This document shows positions 9,194 to 18,068 of a DNA stretch of 64,000 nucleotides, one piece after another. The notes under the pieces were generated by a model. That model searched no databases, was not told the DNA's origin, and was given only the letters and a program-made list of their open reading frames with translations. The position numbers and the translations under genes are program-made. Numbering within the stretch: position 1 is the first letter of the stretch; each line of letters begins with the position of its first letter. Source of the DNA: a plasmid; the sequence record NZ_CP019209.1; one strand, 5' to 3'.

Positions 9194-10006
9194 GTTCTGT
9201 TGCAAAGTTTTCCAAAAAATCTATTTTAGTGTAAAATTGAGAAAAAAGACAGAGAGGACAGAGTAATGAATCATTTTAAAGGCAAACAATTCAAAAAAGA
9301 CGTCATTATTGTCGCTGTTGGTTACTACCTGCGTTACAATCTAAGCTATCGTGAAGTTCAGGAATTGTTATATGATCGTGGAATAAATGTTTGTCATACT
9401 ACGATTTATCGTTGGGTACAAGAGTACAGCAAAGTCCTCTATTATCTTTGGAAGAAGAAAAATAGACAATCCTTCTATTCATGGAAAATGGACGAAACCT
9501 ATATCAAAATTAAGGGACGTTGGCATTATCTTTATCGTGCAATTGATGCGGACGGCTTAACCTTAGATATCTGGTTACGAAAGAAACGGGATACGCAAGC
9601 AGCCTATGCTTTCTTAAAACGACTCCATAAACAGTTTGGTGAGCCGAAAGCAATTGTGACCGATAAAGCACCTTCTCTTGGCTCCGCCTTTAGAAAGTTA
9701 CAGAGTGTGGGTTTATATACTAAGACAGAGCACCGAACTGTGAAGTATCTTAACAATTTAATAGAACAAGACCATCGACCTATTAAACGACGAAATAAAT
9801 TTTATCAAAGTCTCCGTACAGCCTCTTCCACGATTAAGGGCATGGAGACCATTCGAGGAATATATAAAAAGAACCGAAGAAATGGAACGCTCTTCGGCTT
9901 TTCGGTGTCTACTGAAATCAAGGTATTAATGGGAGTAACAGCCTAAGATATTTGGAGTTCAGAGAGGGCGCGTTTGATTTTCAAACTTCGCAACAGAACC
10001 ATGTTG
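9194..10006 (+). mobile_element. IS6-family insertion sequence, ISS1-like (intact)
   Basis: Terminal IRs GGTTCTGTTGCAAAGTTT (9194) and RC at 9988-10006; 226-aa transposase. Confidence 0.85.
9266..9946 (+). CDS. IS6-family (ISS1-like) transposase
   Basis: MNHFKGKQFKKDVIIVAVGYYLRYNLSYREVQELLYDRGINVCHTTIYRW...; DDE core. Confidence 0.9.
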   Translation: MNHFKGKQFKKDVIIVAVGYYLRYNLSYREVQELLYDRGINVCHTTIYRWVQEYSKVLYYLWKKKNRQSFYSWKMDETYIKIKGRWHYLYRAIDADGLTLDIWLRKKRDTQAAYAFLKRLHKQFGEPKAIVTDKAPSLGSAFRKLQSVGLYTKTEHRTVKYLNNLIEQDHRPIKRRNKFYQSLRTASSTIKGMETIRGIYKKNRRNGTLFGFSVSTEIKVLMGVTA

Positions 10007-10392
10007 CCAATATCGATTTATTTGATTCAGAACACATTCAAACTGAAGATAATAGTGACAACTCAACTCTAAATAGTCATATATCAATCATATTTGGAGA
10101 ATCATTATATACTGGGAAATCATATAGAGATGTATTTACGCAATTAGTTTCTAATTTAGTATTATCCGCAGAGTTGGATAAATTGATTCCTTTAATGAGT
10201 CCTAATGAACCCACTACAGTACAAATACTTGGCAATAGAGAACATATATCAGCTAAAGGGGCGAAGTTGACTAAACCAATAGAACTAACTAAATACCATA
10301 TGTATGTTAATTTTTCAAAAATAGGCTTATACAATCAAATCAAAAAATTAGCTGAACTGACTGGGAAAAAAGTTATATTTGAAAGGTGGTAA
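10007..10392 (+). CDS. Hypothetical protein, 5' truncated by IS insertion (ORF 9952..10392; first 19 codons are IS-derived)
   Basis: ORF reads out of IS right end; ends 6 bp before small tyrosine recombinase gene. Confidence 0.35.
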
Positions 10393-10397
10393 TTCAT

Positions 10398-10988
10398 ATG
10401 GTTCAACAGATTGTTTTACCTATCAAAGATTCAAATATTTTAAAAATGGTTCAAGATACACTCCTTGATAGCTTTCATGCTGGACGTCGTAACTATACGA
10501 TATTCCAAGTGGGGAAAGCCACTCTCTTAAGGGTAAGTGATGTCATGAAACTTAAAAAATCAGATGTCTTTAATCCTGATGGAACGGTTAAACAAACCGC
10601 TTTTATTCATGATCAAAAAACAGGAAAAGCGAATACGTTATATTTGAAACCAGTACAACAAGATTTATTAATTTATCATGATTGGCTGGTCCAACAAAAT
10701 CTTAATTCTGAGTGGTTGTTTCCCTCAACGACTCACCCAGACCGTCACATCACCGAGAAGCAATTTTATAAGGTCATGGCACGTGTTGGTGATCTTTTAG
10801 GAATCAACTATCTAGGGACGCATACCATGCGTAAAACAGGCGCTTATCGTGTTTATACGCAGTCGAATTATAATATTGGTTTAGTCATGCATTTATTAAA
10901 CCATTCAAGCGAAGCCATGACTTTAACCTATCTTGGGTTAGATCAAGCCAGTCGAGAAACGATGTTAGACCAAATAGATTTTGGATAA
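10398..10988 (+). CDS. Small tyrosine recombinase (phage-integrase family catalytic domain, ~197 aa)
   Basis: GTHTMRKTGAYRV (HxxR) and LTYLG (catalytic Tyr region); RBS AAAGGTGG upstream; paralog of 16219..16836. Confidence 0.7.
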   Translation: MVQQIVLPIKDSNILKMVQDTLLDSFHAGRRNYTIFQVGKATLLRVSDVMKLKKSDVFNPDGTVKQTAFIHDQKTGKANTLYLKPVQQDLLIYHDWLVQQNLNSEWLFPSTTHPDRHITEKQFYKVMARVGDLLGINYLGTHTMRKTGAYRVYTQSNYNIGLVMHLLNHSSEAMTLTYLGLDQASRETMLDQIDFG

Positions 10989-11030
10989 TGTTTTTTATTT
11001 AAAAAGAGGGACAATCATTATGTTAAAAAA

Positions 11031-11487
11031 TTAGGTTCTGTTGCAAAGTTTTCCAAAAAATCTATTTTAGTTTAAAATTGAGAAAAAAGACAGAGAGGAC
11101 AGAGTAATGAATCATTTTGGTGAGCCGAAAGCAATTGTGACCGATAAAGCACCTTCTCTTGGCTCCGCCTTTAGAAAGTTACAGAGTGTGGGTTTATATA
11201 CTAAGACAGAGCACCGAACTGTGAAGTATCTTAACAATTTAATAGAACAAGACCATCGACCTATTAAACGACGGAATAAATTTTATCAAAGTCTCCGTAC
11301 AGTCTCTTCCACGATTAAGGGCATGGAGACCATTCGAGGAATATATAAAAAGAACCGAAGAAATGGAACGCTCTTCGGCTTTTCGGTGTCTACTGAAATC
11401 AAGGTATTAATGGGAATAACAGCCTAAGATATTTGGAGTTCAGAGAGGGCGCGTTTGATTTTCAAACTTCGCAACAGAACCAAATAG
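11031..11487 (+). mobile_element. Internally deleted ISS1-like IS6 derivative (MITE-like, 457 bp) retaining both terminal IRs
   Basis: Left IR at 11031, right IR ending 11487; in-frame deletion joining codon 4 to ~codon 125 (MNHF|GEPKAIV) at TTT microhomology. Confidence 0.8.
11107..11427 (+). pseudogene. Truncated IS6 transposase (in-frame internal deletion, 106 aa, lacks N-terminal region)
   Basis: Comparison with 9266..9946. Confidence 0.8.
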
Positions 11488-11735
11488 TCTATACAGTAGA
11501 AGATGCCGATGAGCAAAATATCACATTACCTGTATTCAATTATTGGGGAACAGTTGTGAAAGTAAATGGGAAAAAGAGCACTATAGAAAATGACAATGGT
11601 TTAGTGTCTATTAAAGGTACGGGAAAAAGAACTATAGTTGAGGTTTCATCTACGTATCCAACTACGATGATTCTATCTTTATTAATTAGTTCAATAACTT
11701 TTATATTCTTATTTACACGTTATTTAATAAGATGA
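11488..11735 (+). pseudogene. C-terminal fragment of a membrane-anchored protein (hydrophobic tail ILSLLISSITFIFLF + RYLIR)
   Basis: ORF 11433..11735 reads out of IS right end; only region after 11487 is non-IS. Confidence 0.3.
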
Positions 11736-11740
11736 TAGCG

Positions 11741-13064
11741 TAAAATATTTTGTGTAAATAGATATTTAGGGTAGAAAAAAAGAAAGTCCATTCTGTAAAA
11801 TTAAAGTTACCACAACCAAAATTTTATAGGAGGACTTTCTCATGCCCAATTTTACTACAGAAATTATGGAAACACTAATCAATAAAGGTGATTTAGATGA
11901 ATTATTTCGATGTCATTTAGAATTAGCTGTTAATTCATTATTGCAGGCTGAATTAACAGCTTTTCTTGATTATGAAAAATATGATCGTGCTGGGTTCAAT
12001 TCAGGTAATTCCCGTAATGGGAATTATTCACGTTCATTCAGAACAGAGTATGGAGAATTAAATTTGGTGATTCCTAGAGATAGAAATGGTAAGTTTTCTC
12101 AACAAACTTTACCTGCTTATAAAAGAACCAATGACTCTTTAGAAACCACTATTATTCAGCTATTTCAAAAAGGAATTACTATGTCTGAAATCTCTGAATT
12201 GATTGAAAAAATGTACGGGCATCACTATACGCCACAAACCATTTCAAATATGACTAAAATAGTTTCTGAAGATATTATTGCCTTTAAAGAAAGGTCCTTA
12301 GAATCCAGATACTCTGTCATTTTTATGGATGCTACTCACATTCCTTTAAAAAGACAAACTGTTTCAAAAGAAGCAGTTTATATTGTAATTGGCATTCGAT
12401 TAGATGGAACCAAAGAGGTTCTTGGGTTTAGTCTTGCTCCAACTGAATCTGCTTATGTTTGGAAAGAGATTCTTCAAGACCTAAAAGACCGTGGTTTAAA
12501 AGAGGTTTTATCAGTCGTAACTGATGGTTTAAGTGGCATTAACGATAGTATTCATAGTGTTTATCCAAATGCTCAATTTCAACAATGTTGTGTCCATATA
12601 TCTAGAAATATCGCTCATAAGGTTCGTGTTAGTGATCGACAAGAAATCTGTAGCGATTTCAAATTAGTTTATCAAGCAAGTTCAAAAGAAGAAGCAAATA
12701 ATCAAATAAGGTTTATGATAGATAAATGGAAAAAGCAGTATCCACGAGTGGTTAAATTGCTCATGAATCCTGCTATATTAACCTTTTATAATTTCCCTCC
12801 GTCAATCAGAAGAACTATTTATTCAACTAATTTGATTGAAGGTTTTAACAAACAATTAAAGAAATATACCAAAAGAAAAGAGCAATTTCCTAATGAAGAA
12901 TCTCTGGAGAGATTTCTAGTATCTCAATTCAACAACTATAATCAAAAGTTTCTATGCCGAGTTCATAAAGGTTTTAAAGAAATACATGATACATTAGAAT
13001 CAATGTTTTAACTTGATCAACAGAATGGGCTTTTCCATTTACACATAATTCTTGACGCAACCAA
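11741..13064 (+). mobile_element. IS256-family insertion sequence (element 1), boundaries approximate
   Basis: IR GTAAAATATTTTGTGTAAATAG at left, TTTACACATAATTCTTGACGC at right; 389-aa Mutator-type transposase. Confidence 0.75.
11842..13011 (+). CDS. IS256-family transposase
   Basis: Strong similarity to copies at 19245 and 60029 (MxxFTTEIxxTLxNKGDLxELFR...); DDE motifs. Confidence 0.85.
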   Translation: MPNFTTEIMETLINKGDLDELFRCHLELAVNSLLQAELTAFLDYEKYDRAGFNSGNSRNGNYSRSFRTEYGELNLVIPRDRNGKFSQQTLPAYKRTNDSLETTIIQLFQKGITMSEISELIEKMYGHHYTPQTISNMTKIVSEDIIAFKERSLESRYSVIFMDATHIPLKRQTVSKEAVYIVIGIRLDGTKEVLGFSLAPTESAYVWKEILQDLKDRGLKEVLSVVTDGLSGINDSIHSVYPNAQFQQCCVHISRNIAHKVRVSDRQEICSDFKLVYQASSKEEANNQIRFMIDKWKKQYPRVVKLLMNPAILTFYNFPPSIRRTIYSTNLIEGFNKQLKKYTKRKEQFPNEESLERFLVSQFNNYNQKFLCRVHKGFKEIHDTLESMF

Positions 13065-13069
13065 TAAGG

Positions 13070-14395
13070 ATAAAGTCCATATAATTGTGTAAAAGATAAA
13101 AGGCCATGTAACAGCCCTTTTACGGTACAATGTTTTTAACCACAAAAACATACCCAGGAGGACGTTACATGACCCAAGTACATTTTACACTGAACAACGA
13201 AGAGGTTCAAAGTATTATTGAATATTCGGTAAAAGATGAAGTTTCTAAAAATATTTTGACCACTGTTTTCAACCAATTGATGGAAAATCAACGAACAGAA
13301 TATATTCAAGCCGATGACTATGAACGTTCAGAAAGTCGTCAGAGTCAAAGAAATGGCTATTATGAGCGAGACTTTACGACTCGTGTGGGCACACTCGAGT
13401 TAAAAGTGCCTAGAACACGTGATGGTGAATTTTCACCGACGGTGTTTGAGCATTATCAGCGAAATGAAAAGGCACTGCTCGCTTCAATGCTTGAGATGTA
13501 TGTTTCAGGCGTTTCGACACGTAAAGTTTCAAAGATTGTTGAAGAGCTATGTGGAAAATCGGTATCGAAATCTTTTGTTTCTAGCCTGACTGAGCAGTTA
13601 GACCCGATGGTCAACGAATGGCAGAACCGTTCACTCTCAGGTACGAGTTATCCTTATCTGATGACTGATGTTCTCTACATAAAAGTCCGTGAGGACCATC
13701 GAGTGCTTTCTAAAAGCTGCCATATTGCGATCGGGATAACAGAAGGTGGTGATCGTGAAATCATTGGCTTCATGATCCAAAATGAAGAAAGTGATGACAC
13801 ATGGTCCATCTTCTTTGAATACTTAAAAGAACGCGGTCTACAGGGGACAGAACTCATCATTTCTGATGCCCATAAAGGCCTAGTGTCTGCAATTCGTAAG
13901 TCATTTACCAACGTAAGTTGGCAGAGATGCCAGGTCCATTTTTTAAGAAACATCTTCAGTTCCATTCCAAAAAAGAATTCAAAACCGTTTAGAGAAGCAG
14001 TAAAAGCGATCTTTAAGTTTACGGATATTGAACTCGCTCGAACAGCTAAGAATGCCTTAGTCGGTGAATATATCGACCAGTCTAAATATACAAAAGCTTG
14101 CGAAACATTGGATAATGGCTTCGAAGATGCCTTTCAATACACGGTTATCGGAAATGGTCACAATCGGCTAAAAAGCACCAACCTTCTTGAACGACTGAAC
14201 CAGGAAGTCCGCAGAAGAGAAAAGATTATTCGGATTTTTCCCAACCGAACGTCTGCCAATCGATTAATTGGAGCTGTCCTTATGGACCTTCATGACGAAT
14301 GGCTCAGTTCTACAAGAAAATATATTAAGTTTGATCAATGAGAGACCGGTAAAACATTGTATAGTATTTTACACAGGATTATGGACTTGACTTTT
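13070..14395 (+). mobile_element. IS256 (canonical-like), directly abutting IS256-family element 1
   Basis: Left IR GATAAAGTCCATATAATTGTGTAAAA at 13070; transposase near-identical to S. aureus/Enterococcus IS256 Tnp from memory (MTQVHFTL...SWQRCQVHFLRN). Confidence 0.85.
13169..14341 (+). CDS. IS256 transposase (ORF track 13130..14341; ATG with RBS GGAGG at 13169)
   Basis: Translation matches IS256 Tnp along full length. Confidence 0.9.
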   Translation: MTQVHFTLNNEEVQSIIEYSVKDEVSKNILTTVFNQLMENQRTEYIQADDYERSESRQSQRNGYYERDFTTRVGTLELKVPRTRDGEFSPTVFEHYQRNEKALLASMLEMYVSGVSTRKVSKIVEELCGKSVSKSFVSSLTEQLDPMVNEWQNRSLSGTSYPYLMTDVLYIKVREDHRVLSKSCHIAIGITEGGDREIIGFMIQNEESDDTWSIFFEYLKERGLQGTELIISDAHKGLVSAIRKSFTNVSWQRCQVHFLRNIFSSIPKKNSKPFREAVKAIFKFTDIELARTAKNALVGEYIDQSKYTKACETLDNGFEDAFQYTVIGNGHNRLKSTNLLERLNQEVRRREKIIRIFPNRTSANRLIGAVLMDLHDEWLSSTRKYIKFDQ

Positions 14396-14559
14396 GGACC
14401 TAGCAAACAATATTAATGAGGTCATTAAATCTTATTATCTTTAGTGATATAACGAAATATCTACACAGACAAAATTATGATCTTGCGTAAAGTTATAAAA
14501 TATTAATAAAAATCGTAAATTTCAAGTTTAAGTTAGCCACTACAGGTAACTCATTTGTT

Positions 14560-15850
14560 TGATACCGTAACTGCCTCGTTATTCTAAATCAGTGAGGCCT
14601 TGATAATGAACTGAGGTATGATAGTCTTCAGACGATTCTGGCCCCAGGCCAGCTTTCCAGACATGAAGCCATGTCCCGAGTGAGGATCGTTATCAAGGAA
14701 TAATGGGTCAAGCCACCAACCGTTCTTGCTTGAATGCCTGGACGAATGTATCATGTGGTGTCGCATAACCCAAAATTTTCCGCGGGTAATCGTTCATCCA
14801 ACGCTGGATCCGCAAAATCTGGTTCTCGCTCACCTCACTAATCGGGCTTCCCTTGGGGACGAAACGGCGAATTAATTTGTGCTGGTTTTCGCTCGTCCCA
14901 CGCTCCCAAGAAGCATAGGGGTGGCTGAAATAGACGTCAGCTACATCTTGCAGAGCATCGTGTAGCCCAGAAAACTCCGAGCCATTGTCGGATGTAACGG
15001 TCTTAAATAATTGATCGAAGTTAGCGCCAGCCCGTTCTCTTAGCTGTTGAACCGCTTGGTCCACCGATTCGGTGTCCTTCCCGTTCAACTTTAGGATGAC
15101 TTCAAAGCGTGTCTGCCGTTCAGCCAGCGTCAGCAGCACGGCATCCGACTTGGTCTTGTTTCCCACTACCGTGTCGATTTCCCAATGACCGAACGTTTCC
15201 CGTGTTTCAACTTCTTTAGGGCGTTCTTCAATTGACGTCCCGAGAACACGCTTGTTGGGACGGTGTCCTGGGCGGACCGCTTTGATTTTACGGGACAGTT
15301 TTTCAAGCAAGTCCATGTTCTTTGTTCGCATGATTCCGCGGTCAATCCATTGATAAAGAGCGGTTGTGCCAGGAATGATGGCACAATCGAACAGCTCGTG
15401 TTTTCTGGCAAATCCGACCACGACGTCCGGCGACCATTTTTCATTTAACATTTTGTCATCTGCCCAATCAATGAAGGCATTTGTGTTCGCCCATTTGGGG
15501 CGTCTGCCACAGTTCAGTCGTTGCTTTTCATAGAAGGCCTGTCCTGCATCAGCGTCATAAACAGAATAGTAGGTGTCATACACTTTTCCATTTTGCGTTT
15601 GGCGTTTTAACTGGGTGATGGTTCCGCGATCAATCTCATTGTTTATGGTTTGCGGAACACGTCCCAGCACTTTGGCAACCTGACGGTTGGAATAGCCTTC
15701 CTTTTTCAGGATAGCGATTTGGCAACGTTCTGAGTAGGAAAGATGTTTTCCCTTGCGTGAAACTGTGTTATCATGGGTTTGCGTCATGTGAATTCATCCT
15801 TGTCTATTGAGAGTTGTGGTAACTTCAATATAACATGGAATTCACGTGGC
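14560..15850 (-). mobile_element. IS30-family insertion sequence, higher GC than surroundings; boundaries approximate
   Basis: 359-aa transposase with N-terminal HTH and DDE blocks GHWEIDTV / SDNGSEF / ENQHKLIRRF. Confidence 0.7.
14708..15787 (-). CDS. IS30-family transposase
   Basis: See above. Confidence 0.85.
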   Translation of the reverse strand: MTQTHDNTVSRKGKHLSYSERCQIAILKKEGYSNRQVAKVLGRVPQTINNEIDRGTITQLKRQTQNGKVYDTYYSVYDADAGQAFYEKQRLNCGRRPKWANTNAFIDWADDKMLNEKWSPDVVVGFARKHELFDCAIIPGTTALYQWIDRGIMRTKNMDLLEKLSRKIKAVRPGHRPNKRVLGTSIEERPKEVETRETFGHWEIDTVVGNKTKSDAVLLTLAERQTRFEVILKLNGKDTESVDQAVQQLRERAGANFDQLFKTVTSDNGSEFSGLHDALQDVADVYFSHPYASWERGTSENQHKLIRRFVPKGSPISEVSENQILRIQRWMNDYPRKILGYATPHDTFVQAFKQERLVA

Positions 15851-16218
15851 GTTTTTTTTATTTTAAATGGCTAAGTTCATTATAAAATCCGCCTATTAAT
15901 AAAAATATTTTATTAATGAAAAGCTTGGTAGCACGGTTATTCATATGCTAATTTATTTCACTTTATAGTAAGGGGAGTTCTTAGTATATTGTTCAAACTT
16001 AAATTTCATATAATTTAATTATGTAAATTAGCTATTCTAAGAACTTCTACGGATAACTGCCCGTCTAAAATTTAAATAAGAGCTTAGAATCTTCATATAA
16101 GTAAGGTTAATTTTTTTGTACAAAAAAGTCGGAATATTCTGAGTTACTGAAATGATATAAAATCATAAACTAAATCCCTTGATTTTATTGACTTTCAAAA
16201 GTTTATATATATAAGTTA

Positions 16219-16836
16219 ATGATTATGGTAAAATATATATATAATCATGAACTCAGAATATTTTTAAGAAGGGAAACAATAGTGAGCTATAATGTACAAC
16301 CGTTAAGGACAAATGAAGAGATACAAGATTTTCAGTTTTGGCTAAGAAGAACAAGTAATCCAGAAAGAGATAGTTTTTTATTTTTGTTTGGAATCAATAA
16401 TGGGTTACGTATGTCAGATATTATAGGATTAAAAGTTGGAGACATACGAGGTAAAAGTAAGCCCATTATTGTTGAACATAAAACAGGTAAGCGAAAACCG
16501 ATTTTTATAGATAATTTGAGAGAAGAGATTTTATTATATACTGAAGGTAAAGAAGAAAATGATTGGTTATTTCCAAGTCGGCAACAAGGTCGACATATAA
16601 CAAGGGATCGTGTCTATCAGATATATGCAGATATAGCAGAAAAATTAGGAAGAGATGATATAGGAACACATACATTAAGAAAAACTTTTGGGTACCACTA
16701 CTACAAGAAAACTAGAGACATTGCTACCTTAATGTTTATTTTTAATCATAGCTCGCAAGCAATTACAAAAAGGTACATTGGTATAACTGAAGATGAAATA
16801 GGGGCATCGTTACGTGGTTTTAAATTGGGAGGCTAA
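16219..16836 (+). CDS. Small tyrosine recombinase (paralog of 10398..10988)
   Basis: GTHTLRKTFGYHYY (HxxR), ITKRYIGI (Tyr region); 205 aa. Confidence 0.7.
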   Translation: MIMVKYIYNHELRIFLRRETIVSYNVQPLRTNEEIQDFQFWLRRTSNPERDSFLFLFGINNGLRMSDIIGLKVGDIRGKSKPIIVEHKTGKRKPIFIDNLREEILLYTEGKEENDWLFPSRQQGRHITRDRVYQIYADIAEKLGRDDIGTHTLRKTFGYHYYKKTRDIATLMFIFNHSSQAITKRYIGITEDEIGASLRGFKLGG

Positions 16837-16841
16837 TTGAG

Positions 16842-16871
16842 ATATTAGGATATATTTTTTGTGTATAATGA
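16842..16871 (+). promoter_or_regulatory. Putative promoter: TTGAGA -35 and extended -10 TGTGTATAAT upstream of AT-rich two-gene operon
   Basis: TTGAGATATTAGGATATATTTTTTGTGTATAAT read directly. Confidence 0.5.
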
Positions 16872-16891
16872 AAACTTAGAAGGTGAGATTA

Positions 16892-17644
16892 ATGAAGATA
16901 ACTGAATTTTCGGAAGTATTTAAAACGTTTAGTAACATTTACAATAGAATACCAGAGATAGAACAAAATGTTGTAGTTGATAATGATTATTATATAGAGA
17001 ATGATTTTAATAAACCAAGAAAATATGACAACCTATACAATTTTATACACAATAGAACAACAATAAATAACAACAGTAACACTCGAGTTTTGATTAATTC
17101 AGCATATTTTCATATTAAATATTTAAAGAAATATGAGTATGAAGAAGTTGTATTAGATTATGGGCTAAATAGACAGTCATTTTTAATTTATGCAATAAAT
17201 AACGGAAATTTGCCAAGTAATAAAAAGAACAAAATTATTGAAACATATGCCTATCTGGAGGGGGGATCTAAAAAACTAATTAAGTCATGTAATATAGAGT
17301 ATCAATTATCAGTAGGAGAAATTAAATGTGTTTTCGAAGAAGATTTAGAACTTGACTTAAAAAAAATTATTGCCAGCATTCATGATTATATAGGTTTGAT
17401 TTATAAAATTATTGAGGATCATAAACAAACTGAACTTAATATGTGCTATTTTGATAGAGAACAAGATTTTTTTTGTTATGGTGGAATGGGTGGAGGATCT
17501 ATTGTTCCAAAGATAAATTTAGTAGAGTTAGATGTAAATAATTACAGGGAATTATATGTTTTTAATAGTTTAGATTTTGAAATACCTATGAAACAGATGA
17601 AAAATATTGACATACATATACTGCCAAGTGAGTCGTGCCAATAG
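16892..17644 (+). CDS. Hypothetical protein (~251 aa), Asn-rich, extremely AT-rich gene, no recognisable domain
   Basis: ORF track 16883..17644; ATG at 16892 preceded by GAAGGTGAG RBS. Confidence 0.5.
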   Translation: MKITEFSEVFKTFSNIYNRIPEIEQNVVVDNDYYIENDFNKPRKYDNLYNFIHNRTTINNNSNTRVLINSAYFHIKYLKKYEYEEVVLDYGLNRQSFLIYAINNGNLPSNKKNKIIETYAYLEGGSKKLIKSCNIEYQLSVGEIKCVFEEDLELDLKKIIASIHDYIGLIYKIIEDHKQTELNMCYFDREQDFFCYGGMGGGSIVPKINLVELDVNNYRELYVFNSLDFEIPMKQMKNIDIHILPSESCQ

Positions 17645-17919
17645 AATATTCAATCGAATATTTTTACAAAGGTAAAAAAATAAAAAAATGTGACAAGTGT
17701 TTTGAATCAGCTGTGGTAAAGGTTCCTCAATTTAAACTAAATCCAGCTGCCTCGATACAATTTCAAGGACATGTATTTGATGTTTTAGCTAAAGATAACA
17801 TAAAAAAATACAAAAAAGGTAATATATTCCATATTGATATACAAATATCTTCTAATTTAGAAGATATAAAAAAAGCCTTTAAAATTAAAACAATTGGCAC
17901 TGCTTCTAATTTTAAATAA
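17635..17919 (+). CDS. Hypothetical small protein (94 aa; CxxC near N-terminus, His-rich middle), translationally coupled to upstream gene
   Basis: GTG start overlapping stop of upstream ORF by 10 nt. Confidence 0.4.
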   Translation: MPIEYSIEYFYKGKKIKKCDKCFESAVVKVPQFKLNPAASIQFQGHVFDVLAKDNIKKYKKGNIFHIDIQISSNLEDIKKAFKIKTIGTASNFK

Positions 17920-18068
17920 CAAAAAAATTACTAGATAATCTAAAAACAGGATGGCATTATGAGAACAATAACTAAACTTCCTATATCACATATTTTGTAA
18001 TTAGTGAAAAGCAAATTGACTACTATCATAAGTTAATGACTCTCATCTTAATATTTAAAATATATTCA

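Noticed and set aside
9952-10010. N-terminus of ORF 9952..10392 (MEFREGAFDFQTSQQN) as a real start
   Set aside because: These codons lie inside the IS6 right inverted repeat, and the identical peptide heads ORF 11433..11735. It is read-through from IS ends, not a genuine start.
15788-15860. Short inverted repeat CATGTGAATTC / GAATTCACGTG next to the IS30 transposase start
   Set aside because: I could not match it to the opposite end of the element, so the IS30 boundaries were left approximate rather than calling this an IR.
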